Assembly (NCBI GenBank): GCA_040954595.2
Contig: CM082579.2
Location: forward strand, 2,183,908-2,247,907
Length of the DNA stretch: 64,000 bases
From: Balanoglossus misakiensis
Lineage: Eukaryota > Animalia > Hemichordata
Direction: 5' to 3'
Part shown: one piece after another, positions 12,801 to 25,300 of the stretch
Position numbering within the stretch: the stretch's first letter is position 1
Layout of the letters: each line of letters opens with the position of its first letter
Position numbers and translations under genes: made by a program
The notes under the pieces: model-generated
What the model was told of the DNA's origin: nothing
What the model saw: only the letters and a program-made list of their open reading frames with translations
Database searches by the model: none

Positions 12801-15800
12801 AGAAGTTGCAAGGGATATCGTTTATCACAAAGACGCCCATGAAGTTTATTAAAAGATTCTTCTGCTGATCCGCTGGATCAGTTTACTTTGCCACCAACAG
12901 AATAGTTAGGGCTAGACCATGGAATATTGGAGGGGATAGTAAGGGCTAGCATGGAGAATTTAATGGGTGAATAGTTAGGGCTAGACCATGGATAATTGAG
13001 GGGGGTGAATAATTTTCCGGATATCTTGGATTAGACTCAACGTATTGCTTTGCATCTTGACACTGTTTTAAAATCCAACTGCTGGTCTCCCATCTCTCGG
13101 TAAAAATACTGGTTTAAAAAAATTAAAAACTGGTCTCCCTTTTTTCTTAGGTATATGATAGTCCACAGTCGACTGCATTCCTGACTATTCTACAACATTT
13201 ACTGCGTCTGGATACTAAAGATCCGATAAGTGACGTCATCTGGGAGGTCACGGAAAGACTAGTCCATCGGGCGAGTTTGATCGATAAACGCGAACACGGG
13301 GAGAGGTTGTTACAAACTGGTGCACAGGAATTAGAAAAAGCTGTCGACAGTTTGAAGCCCGGAAAACAGGGTAATTGTACGTGCGACTGTCATGCCTCAA
13401 GGACGGACGGCGCGACAGAAAGTGTGCAAAGGGTGCGCAAGACTTCGTGTGCAATAGCAATACCTGGAATGTGCGTGCGGGACGTGCCTTTTACAAATTC
13501 TCAATCTGGTGCTACGAATTCATCACAAAACTCGAGGACTTCTATTGACTCTCCTGATTCGGGGGTTTCGGCTGCAGGGAAGGGACCCGCACCGCAACCA
13601 CCACCCATCTCCGTTGGAGCCGCGCTCCTCCCTCCCCCTCCCCCTCCACCGCCACCACCACCACCACCTCCACCTCCACCACCGATGGGAACGCCTCACT
13701 TTCCCGGTGGAATACCACCTCCGCCGCCGCCGATGTTTGGCGGGCCGCCGCCGCCACCACCAGGCGCTGGGCCAAGGACGAGTATCGGACCAGCATCATC
13801 ACCGGTAGTGCCAAGAGTGAAACCCAAGAGCAGAATGAGGACATTGAACTGGAGTAAAATTCCCATGCAGTCTGTGATTGGAAAAGATAACATCTGGTCA
13901 AACGTTTCCCAGGTGTGTATATTATGTAATACTTTCATTTTCATGCAGTTTTACCAGAATTTTGCTGGATATTTTGCTTTCTGAATCGGTGTTTGGGGTT
14001 TCGAAGCGAGTTGACTAAATTCTGATTTTCTCGCAGCATAGTGGTGAACTATTTCTAGGTCATTTAAGTCCGGGTTCATTGTTTGTTCTTCAGAAACAAC
14101 TACAACTGTTTATGTTCACTGAAACTTATAGGTAGCAAACGAACACATGGTTGTCGTACACGCCAACATCTGCAGTTCATGTGTTTTGTATACGCCAAAC
14201 TGTCCAAATAAACCCGTGCCAAAAAGTAACTTGTGTACTTTGCCCCTCATCTGAACCATTTCAGCTGAGCAACGGATTCGCGGTTGACTGGGAGCAGGTG
14301 GAAGATCTGTTCCGCCAGGAGAGAGAGAAACCGCCCGTCACCTGCAAGACGAGGGACGGAATGTTGGCCGGCACTGTGGAAACCGACTCCAAGAAGAAGA
14401 AGGAACCGACCGAGGTAAGATTATGCTCGGATCCACACGGCTTGGTTTGAGAGGTCGGCCTGGGTACAGTCTCCCGGTTAAACCAGGGAGGTCCCGTGCA
14501 TGAAATTGGCTGGCGACGATGGGTAAGATAGTCTAGTCCGCTGGTGCTCACTGAGTGTGAGGGTCTGTCATGGGGAGCTATCACAACACCTTTCGACACT
14601 AGTCACTATTTCTTGTTAAAGTGCCGAATAAATCTTATTTGGAGGATACAAGTATTTCAAATATTCGGATAAGTTATTAAATATTGTTGACGGCAAAGTT
14701 ATCGGCTCAGTCAAGGAATGACCACATATAAACAATTCCTGTACTGCCACATTTTCTGGCATCTCTATTGGAATTGGTACAAAACCTTGACCAGAAGAAG
14801 CTGGATTGCTGCCCCTTTTCATTTCACGGTCTAGGTAGCACCCTAGGGAAGACGAAGGTCATAGGTCACGGTCAGGAGAGAATAATCCATTTACTGTTAT
14901 ATGTGCTTGACCTAGATGCTGTTAAAATCAATACATGTACCAATTATTTTAATAGGTTCAGACACGCTTGAATTCTCCGCCATGTTTGATGGTTCATAGA
15001 TAGATAGATGGGTGGATGGATGGATGGGTAGAAGGATGGATGGACGTACGTACATGCACATACATTCATACATACACACGGAAAGACACACACATATACA
15101 GCTGCTATGTTTACGTATTTTCCCTTCAAATGTAATCCATGCCTAAAGCACTGGAAGAGCATTAAACAAAGATAAAGGTAAAGGCAACATACTGAGCTTA
15201 TCCCCATGACAACGGAAATGTGATCGCTATCCTTACTAGGAGCAAATACTCAACTACTTCAAAAGGTGAACAAGCTCAGAGGAGGGGGAATTATGCTGTC
15301 TGACCCCATCGAAGTATGTTCCGGCGATTCTGAGATGACCAATTGAACTAAAACAGTGTCAGCTGATGTAAGAAAACGATAGGGATGGAGCTAGATGGGA
15401 ACAGGTACAGACCTGTTTTAATGGAAACAGTCGCGTAATCTGTTCTGATTTGTAACGTTATTTTCTGGCGCCTCGGAACTCCAGAAAGCGTAGCCGCCTC
15501 CACGAGTGTTGTTGACGCCAACAAATTATGTTTCCCACTCCGTCGCTATGCTGACTACATGTGTTTGAGTGAACTCTGCAAACCTTTGATCGACTTCAGA
15601 CAAATGTTTCCATCACGTACCGCTTGTTTTCGCGTCGGTGAAATTTTCTCACCGTCTCTGAAGGGGTCAAGAAGCGAACACCGACTGGTGCATGAGCCGC
15701 TGTGAGCTGCTCCTCTCTATAACACCGAGATTAGTAACTTTTAATGAAGTCGTCGTCTCTCCTTTTGCCAACTACGCCAGCTGCTCTGTAGGTGGTCATT

Positions 15801-18800
15801 GCAATATCAGCTTTTCCTCTTGTGCAATCCCCGCGTATGATAGGAGCGCATGATCTCGGATTTTACAAGCGCAGTATTACTATAAAATGAACAACTTACG
15901 TGTAAATCAAAATTGCGATTTCATAGTCAAACGGCGGGTTATCACGATATCCGCTGTTATTTTTAATGTCTTTATATTTTATATACATAGACCCCACGTA
16001 AACTGTATGCTGAAATCCGTCAATATGAAACCATAAATAATATTTACACGCGTTAATAAAACAGTCAATAAAATTTACTCGATTTTATAGATACTGTCGA
16101 CACCAGTATTAAGTTCACGCATATTAAAATTATAATCGTCCTGGGCGGGTAGCTGGCATGAGAGAGAGTTTGTGTAATACTGTTTGGCATCTGCAAATCA
16201 GAAATCTTTTCACGTTATTTGACTATGGTTTTCCATTTTTTTCAGATAAATTTATTGGACGGAAAGCGGAGCCTGAACGTCAATATCTTTCTGAGGCAGT
16301 TCAAGAGGTAAGAAACAACGAGTAACCAAACACGTTGTATCTCGCTAATACTTCTTACCGACAGGTGCAGTGCCGCGTAAATGCAAAGTAAAGGGAGAAC
16401 GTGATCTAAGTGTGACTGATTAGAAATGGCAAGGCCACAGCAAAAACCTTTCATCCATAATATAAACTAAGTGCTGAGTTGGTGAAATGAGCTGTAGGGC
16501 TTTTCCTTCGATGCAACCAAAATGTAATATATGTAATACTATCCAGATTTTTAATTATTTATCATCTCTGTCTATCTGTCTCTCTATCTCTACCTATCAC
16601 TGTCTCCACTCCCCACAGCACAAACGAAGAGATTATCAAGCTAATAACTGAAGGTAAAAGTGAGAGCATTGGAGCAGAAAAACTGAAAGGTTTGCTGAAA
16701 CTGCTGCCTGAGAAAGACGAGGTGAGATCTCTTTGTTTCCCTTTCACAAATTCAAATCTTACATTTCAAAACGTCCCTCTTCAATCAGGACTTTTTTAAG
16801 TTCGATTTTCAGCACGCTATGTTGAACCCAATGAATGGCTTTCAAATTAACCAAACCATCGAAATACACAGGCATAAGGTTTCTTTTTATAGTCTATGCC
16901 TTTAAATCCTTTCTTTCCGTAATTGGGTTTCTGGAAATTGGGAATAATGGTAATGTACTGTTAATTAAGCGTGTGTATTTCCATTGCACAAAAGAAAATG
17001 TTGATGAGTTTAATTTAGTCCTCTGTAGCGGATCATGTCGTTCCGTTCTTTCTGAATAAATGCAAGTATGGCCGAGAGAGGCTGCCTCATTCGTGTTTTC
17101 CCCCTATTGTTGATTCAAATTTTCACCGAGATTTGTTTTTTTTGGTGATTCCCCTTACAGATTGAAATGTTACAGTCTTTCGATGGAGATAAATCAAAAC
17201 TAGGAAACGCGGAACAGTTTCTGCTGATGTTGATTGCTATTCCGAGGTAAGGGCTTTTGCAGTAGCCACTGTAACATAGACGAGGTAAAAAATAAACCCC
17301 GTAAACTAATTTTGATAATGTCGTGGGTTTTCATAAAGCCGGGTCAGGCATTTGCGTCATTTTGAAACGCTATCGCTTGGTTGAAATGTACACCTAGAAT
17401 AAACAGAGCTGAATTCCCACAGCCACGGGGAGAATGTGTTCAACACACTGATTAGTAAAGTCTTGGAGGTCCCAGTCAACAGCGAGTGCAAGTACCGCAC
17501 TGGCTGTTTTGTATTCCCCGTTTTATACCTTTTCGATTCGTATTTCAAATAGGACATTTCGGACCACCAATACCATACCCCCTTCTTGAAAACCACATGT
17601 ATTACACGTCTCCATTCGCTGTGAGAAACTTTACACTCTTTTAAAAGCGAAAGGAAATATCTCTGAGGGGGTCGACGTCCAGATCTTTGGATTAAAGCGT
17701 CATACTGTCTCAAATTTGTCACTGGTTGCCAAAAAATGAACCCCACACGGATTAAAGGGCAATCCATGAGACATTTCACGATCAAGAAACTGTGGCTAAA
17801 TTTGCTTTATCGGAAACTCCACTAGCTGTAATTTCTGGCTTTATTTTTTATCAAGTATCCTCTGGTTCTGTAGTTTCTTGGGTCGACCCCCCTCAAGGGT
17901 CCAGTGTTTAGCTTATCAACACTGTCCACAAGTGTGCAGTCAACATTGTAATTGTTGAAGACTTGGGTTGAAGTGGGCTCCACGGGGCTTGAATAAATTT
18001 GTCAGCAGGAACAATTGTCCTTACACATGCACAGTCTGCGTTTGCAAGCAGAATACAGGATATCATATTAATGGTACAAGGAGTAGAACGTAACTTGTTA
18101 ATATCTTTTCTTTCTTCAATTTAGCCATAAATTACGCATCGAGGGTATGCTACTAAAAGAGGAATTTAACACAACCTTAGACTTCTTGGAACCAGCCATA
18201 GATAACGTTGTCAAGGCATCAAAAGGTATTTCATTTCTTTTCGTCTCAAGTTTTACGTGCGTCATCAAAATCAAAATATGCACAGCGTATTAATTACTGA
18301 TATAGCTCAGTATTGCCATCGCTGTGAGTTGACCTATGACCCCGATTACATCATCAAGCCGATCTATGCCAGCCATAATTCCATAATTCTGTTTATCTTT
18401 CTCGCCACTTGCTATCTCCATGGTCCTCTTCGTTTAATCGCTTTTTTTCTTAAGTAGAGAAATTCTGCGATGAATTCTTGAGTAGCTTCCCGGACCGTTA
18501 AGCCGTCTTTTGTCCACTTGTAATCGTATTGTCTCAGTCAAATCTGATTTTTCTTTGAATTTCAGAACTGAAAAACAGCACGATGCTGAGTGATATACTA
18601 TATTTAGTGCTCTTTACCGGAAATTTCATTAACTCGGTAAGTAAGGTTCAATCTGACAAAAAATCCCAAAATACTGCAGTTGAACACTTTGGCGGTACAA
18701 GAAGTTAATGAATGCGAAAGTTCTTTTTATTTTTTCAGTATCCGGTAATGTAATTCATTTTAACGGTTTAGCGACCTAACAGAATGACTTTTTACCGTGT

Positions 18801-19280
18801 CAATTGAGAGCAACCTGTTTGCCGTGACGAAAAATACCATCAGTTTGAAATAAAGAATCGTGGTTCACGGCGCCACATTGTTCGAATTCACTGACCTATT
18901 TTAAACAAGGTCCCTTGCAACTTTTGTTTCAAAGTCATGAATATTTTGCGCTCCAGTCGGAAATGCCTGAGCATGACTCGACCTGAAAACATGACAAAAC
19001 GTATCAGAGAAAAATGTGCCAATAATTATATTGCCCTCGCTATAATGATCCGCACCCGAAAAACTGAACTTGTACTATGAATATCATTCGTGGTAATTTT
19101 TGAGTATTCACGATCAATCAATAAACTACAACGACTCCCCTCTATTTTCTGTGCACAGGGCGGTTATGCTGGGAATGCTATTGGTTTCAAACTGACGTCA
19201 CTGCTGAAATTAGTGGAGACCAGAGCCAACAAACCGAGGATGAATTTTATGCACTACGTAGTCATGGTGAGTCTCTTGAG

Positions 19281-19336
<56 letters not shown>

Positions 19337-22300
19337 GTGATTGTTATTATTATTATTATTATTTACAGCAAGCAGAAAAGAAGGACAAAGAACTCCTAAC
19401 TTTCACGAAGGAACTCAAATATCTGGAAGTAGCTTCAAAATTGTCGATGGAACAAATCAACGGAGACTTCACGTCGCTGGAAAGTAAAGTTGAGTCGATG
19501 ATTGAACAAGTTGAACGAAGCGACCAAGTTGTGAAGGATCAACTTCAGGAATTTCTCGAGGTTAGCTCTCTAAAGAATTCTGTCCTTTTTGGCGTGGCTA
19601 GGTTTTTTGTTCCATTATCAACCACTTTCGTCAGATCTTATTATCTTCAAAGGATGTTGGGCCTGCGCAAGCACCGGGGCGTTTGTTTACGTCACCGCTT
19701 GACCCCTGGTTTTCTTCGGAGTGCCACGAAAAGTGTAGGCTGGGTGGGGAAATGTGCAACTGAATCGATGTTGATAGTGATAGCGACAACACGACTGTCT
19801 CCTTCTATTGGCCGTTGAATATTCATACATGATTTCCAAGGACATGTTATTTTAGTGAACCGTTCTGTGCTGTCGATTTTTATAACAGAAATCGCAATTC
19901 TCATTTTCAACTATTTCTTAACTATGCTGACATGAACACAAACTGTCTCTGACACTTCACAGTACGTAGCCTAATATAGGGTACACCAACGTACACAACA
20001 ACTGAAATGTTGTGCAAAGTTCGGTTTAACCCAGCCAGGTTTTAAAATATGAATCCAATATGTATGTTCTAAACGCACATTTTCCACTTTGTCACGTACA
20101 GAATGCTAAGGACGACTTGGAGTACGTCAAAGAGGGACTTGATGACGTCGCCCGGGTCAAAGAAGAGCTGGCGCATTATTTCTGCGAAGATCCCTCCACT
20201 TTCAAAATCGAGGAGTGTCTGAGGATTTTCCATACTTTCTGCCAGAGATTCAAGAAAGCAATAGAGGTGCGGACACTTTGTTACGCAAATCCCCAAAGCT
20301 TCTCAAAGCCCCTGTTTTGCGCTTCAGTGTTGGGAACAAAGACAAGGACGTTATATTTCCCCACAGGCCGTCTGGAATTCAATGAGTCTTTTTCTCTGGC
20401 GTTATTGTGGCAATGAAAACGTTAACTTCCGTTGTCTTTACCTGTTCCCCCACGGTTTGGACGACAATGCCGAGTTACACGTTTGTTGGACAGACTGAAT
20501 TTTTCGCATTCAGACTTTCTTTGTGGCGGACAATGAAGGGGAAACGCTTGTCTCTATCAACCTTGCAGCTGTCTCCGTTTGTACGATTTATTCAGGGTCT
20601 GCGCATTTTGTGTTGGTGTCTGAAGTGAACAGGGCAGTTCATTCTTGTTGTTGACATTGCTCTTGTTGTAAAATTAAATTTTGACGACCATTTCTGTCAA
20701 TTTGATTCAACAGGAGAATCGCCAGCGACAGATCGACGAGGCAAAAGCAGAAATGAGGAGAAAACAGCGCGAGGAACAGGAAGCCCTGAAGCGAAGACGA
20801 ATACACCGCAGTGGAAGTCTTCCGGCGGTTGGCGGCGCTCTACCGGGAGCAGACGGCCATATTGACAACATACTTGGAGATATCCGCAGTGGGTTCCCAC
20901 AGAAGAGATTCAACGAGCTCGTCAACCAGTCCTCAGATGTGTGCCCGTCGCCAACTTCCCCAGCATTTTCAGACAACATGTCTCCAAATTCACCAGCAGA
21001 CGACAGTGGAGTTTTTGGTTTTAGTCGGACGAATAGCTTGAGGAGATCAAGACAGAAATTCAAAATCTTTGAAAGTATCAATGAAGGAGATAAAGATGAA
21101 GGACTGAATCAAGCAGACGAGAGGCGATTTTCAATATACTCGACGAGCAGTTCCAGTAGCAAGGATGACTCGCCTTATGGTTCTGTCTCTAGTCGTAGAT
21201 ATAGGAATATCAACAGTTCCCCGGCTGATGATGAACTCTTTGATGCCCTGCATCAGATGAAAACATCTGACCAGGTGGGAGAATTTCGGCGTGAGGGCAG
21301 CTTGCGCAGATCGCGAAGAAAAGGTGGTATTAAAGACGCCACTGACACAAGCAGAGAAAGGACTGATTCCCCGTCAAGACTGACTGACGACAGGGAACAG
21401 CCTCCGAAAACGCTTGAACGGTCGAAGAGTTCCATTGATCCCCGGGACATCAATGACGCTTTGAAACAGTATGAGAAATCCCTGAGTACAGCGGACAGGT
21501 TCGACTCTGGTTCCCGGTCTAAGCTCAGGCGGCCAAGAAGTTACATTGACAGCAGAGACGTGGACCGTGCCTTAGGAATAAATAATGACAACAGCGAGCC
21601 TGAGTGGAAGTCACAGATACGCAGGAGACCGAGGAGTTATGACTTTAAGGGCGTTACCACTGAATCATTGTTACAGGATGATAAACAGGAGGAGAAGACT
21701 CCAGATTTCAGGTCGCGTTTGAGATCACCAAGTTCCTCTGGGGAACAAAATGTCGGAGACGGACTCGATACAAATCAAAACAAAGACAGTTCTGAAGTGT
21801 CGTGGAAGTCGAGATTGCGATCGACCCGACCAAGGAGCTATATTGAAAGCAGAGATGTTGATAAAGTTCTTGGGCTGGAGAGAAATAAGGACAGCGATGG
21901 TTCCGACACAGAAGTCCGTCAACCTCGTCGTGGGCGGCGAAGTGCTATTCTGACTGACCAGGATTTCGCCGTGTCGACAATTGCTCGCCAGGAGAACTGG
22001 AGAAGGAAGCTGAGTCAGGATGAGGAGGGCAACGCCGCGAAAAGGAGCGAAACAGAAAAGAAAGAAGACGCCCCACCCGTCAAAGAAAATACTTACACTC
22101 CTGGCGCTAAAACACCTCCTCCAGTGCCAGCCAGAAGTGACAGCGCCGGCAAAACAGAAAAAGTGAGGTCGTTCCGTGACAGACGTCGTGCACGGAGTGA
22201 GTTGGATGCAAATGAAGTCACAACTGCTCTGGATGGCCATTCAGCAAATGTCGTCAGCAGTCAAGCAGTTCCAAGCAAATCTGCACCAGTTGAAAATAAA

Positions 22301-25300
22301 CCGGCACAGAAATCCGACAAAGTGTCCTACAGACTTCGCTATGCCACAGACCTAGACACCTCAGAGGAAGGCATGAAGGTGAAATATAGCATCGCAGACA
22401 CGGAGAAGACTGGTAGTGATATCACTTCAAAATCGGACACTGCTTCCACCAATGAAAGGGTGGGTGATGATACCCACGTGTCAAAAACGACCAATGAAAT
22501 TAAGTCTGTAGCAGCAGCAGCAACAGCAACAGCGGCGGCAACAAATAAGCTAGAACATGCACCCGGAAATGTTGACAAATTGTCGACCAAGGTGGACTCA
22601 AGAAAACCGGAGAAATATGCGAACGGGGAACAGAAGTCGCCCCTCGTGGTCCATAAGCGGTGGAAGAGCGAAATGGATAAAACAGATATTCAGAAGGCAT
22701 TAGAAGAAGCGGAGGAGAAACGGAAACAATCTGAAACAGAGAGTCAAAGTCCCAAGGGATCTGAATCACCAAGAAGCATAACCAAGCGAAGACTCAGGCT
22801 TAGACTTGAGAGCATTAATTACAACGTGGAATCCACCTTGGATGCAGTTGAACAGTCGCTGACGGAAAAACGCAAAGAGCTGAAGTCCCCCATGGATGAT
22901 GATCCCACCTCTCGAAGACGCCGACAATCTGCGTATGACGACCAGGAAAGCAGAGTGTTTGAAGAGAAACCAGTTGCTGCAGCAGACCTTTTCAAGAACG
23001 CAGATGACGAGCCGCCGTACTTTGTATTCCAACCCCGACGAAAACCGACCAAAGACCGTATGATGATAGAGCATCTTCTGACCGGCGTGAATCAGGCCAT
23101 TGGTGAGGATGAGAGCAGACAAGACGGCCAGAGCAAACAAACTCCCCCTGAAGGGAAAACCACTGAGCAGCCTCGCGAGGAGGACGAAGAGCGCCAGTGG
23201 GCAAACATCATCAAGCAACATACTGAAATCAAAAAAGATCTCCATGAGATGAAGAAAGAAATGAAGAGGCGGGAGTCTGTAGGCGATGGAAACAAGTTTT
23301 CAAAACGAAACACCGACAGCATTAAAATCGAGGACATTGAGACAGTTGATTCTGACAAGGAGAGCGAGAAATCATCAAACCTGGAAAAACTTGTGATACG
23401 GGAACCAATTGATGATAACCGTCCTTCGCCAACCAAGAGTAACGTGGCCAGAATGAAGATGTTGTTTCAACAGGGCCAGGCTGGGAAAAAGAACAGAAGG
23501 ACTGGGGCCGTGCAACCACCAACAGCATCAGTGGCTGTGGCGAAAGAGCTTGAGAAAGTGTCCCAGTCTGTGGAAAAGAGCAAAGACATAATTCCCTCGC
23601 CAACACCTGACCAGATAGAGAGCAAAAAGGACATCAATGATAATGAAGACGTGAATATAAGGAAATCATTTGGCGAAGCTGACTCGGTGTCAAGACGTAA
23701 AGACCCTGCTGCAGACACCGAGAGGAGGCAATCTGCAGATATAAGCATTGCTGGATCAGATCGGACCGAAGACGACTACCGTAAAGATAGTCTGGATGAT
23801 GGCGTCCTCTATACCAGTGGCAATGAAGGCGACATTGAGTCTGACAGTGAAGAGAAAGATGCAGCCGCCATGCCAAAAAGTGTGTCGCCCAAACCAAATC
23901 AAAAGCACAAAGTTGAAGTTCGCTTATCACAAAATGAAGGTACCGTCAAGAAAACGCCACCCGTTAAAAAGCAGAGTGTGAAGGACACCCCTAAAAGCAA
24001 AGTTAAAGAGCACAGGATACCATCATACGCTGCCCCAACCAGAGCTTCCTTTAGAAGAACGGAAACCCCAACACAAACGAAAACCAGGACACCGGGGACT
24101 TCAACCGGAGTGAAGAAGAAAACTGCATCACCTGCCGACAAGAAGAATATGACTGCTGTTCAGTCTCTGCTGCACAAAACAAGAAGCAAGAGCAGAGAAT
24201 CGCTAGACTCAGCCACATCTGAAGCAGATTCCCATGCTGGTACAAGATCTCGAAGTGGCTCGCCTGCCAGTACGTGTTCCACTGTGTCTACTGCAAGCCG
24301 TCGTTCCTTCAGTTCTGCCGAGAACAGAAAGTTGTACTCTTCAGTTCGGGTGAAGACAGATACACGAAACAGGGCACCAAACAAGACACCTCGCCCAAAA
24401 TCTACCACCAGTGTTGAGCTTGGCCTAACGAAGAAGTCAACTATATCCAAGCTGCCAACCAAACCGCACATCCAGAAACCGGCAGCAAGGCACGGGCCTT
24501 CGAAAACAGACCAAGCAGTAGAAGCTGCAAGACAGCGAAGACTTTCTTCAAGCTCGCCAGTTTGCGAGAGGCACAACAAATCAGACTCAGACTCTGGGAG
24601 CAGACAGTCAACGCCAACACCACCAAGGCCTTCATCGAGGATTTCGTCTGGAAGGAGTTCTCCAAGGAGCGCAAGTCCGGCCGGCAGCGTTAAGGGAGAG
24701 AAGACGACCCCAAGAAAGGCGAATGTGACAGAAACACCAACGAGAGGGGGTGTGAAAGCTGACAGTGGCCACGGTGTTCCCACAAGGAAACCACCAGTAC
24801 CAAAAGCACCAGTGAGGAAGACCACCAAACCACACTGTGCACCAGCTGAACCAGCAGCAAATAAAAGCAAGTCTGTTAAGCGACAAGCCCCAGGTATACC
24901 AAAGCCGACTGTTTCTTCTATGAATAAGGCCAGCGCAGCATCAACGTCTGTGCCCAGACCGGTGAGTGGAACCGCATCTTCATCACCCGTAAAGAAACAC
25001 GTGACACCAAAGAAAATCACCACTTCCGCAAACCCGAAAACCCCAGAACAGAAGAAGATGCCGGAATCACCGAGGACTCCCAGGACAACGATCAAAATGG
25101 GCACAGCTAGTCTGGGGTTGACTAACTACCAGGCACCCGGAACTAAAGGTCAGACTGTACCCCCAGCACGACCAACTACCCTGAATACAACCCCGCATGC
25201 ATCACACGAGAGTTCGGCGTGGAAGAGAGAAGCGGTCCAGAGATCTCTCGGACAACACACACCTTCTGGCGGGACATCGCCTCTACAATCGCCCCAGCAG

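Noticed and set aside
14856-14868. AGGTCA direct-repeat nuclear-receptor-like elements (also ~6630 and ~46532-46563)
   Set aside because: AGGTCA/TGACCT words are scattered throughout this window, so function cannot be supported from sequence alone.
19090-19818. 242-aa ORF with poly-Asp as an independent protein
   Set aside because: It is two FH2 exons plus read-through of a microsatellite intron and flanking intron sequence.
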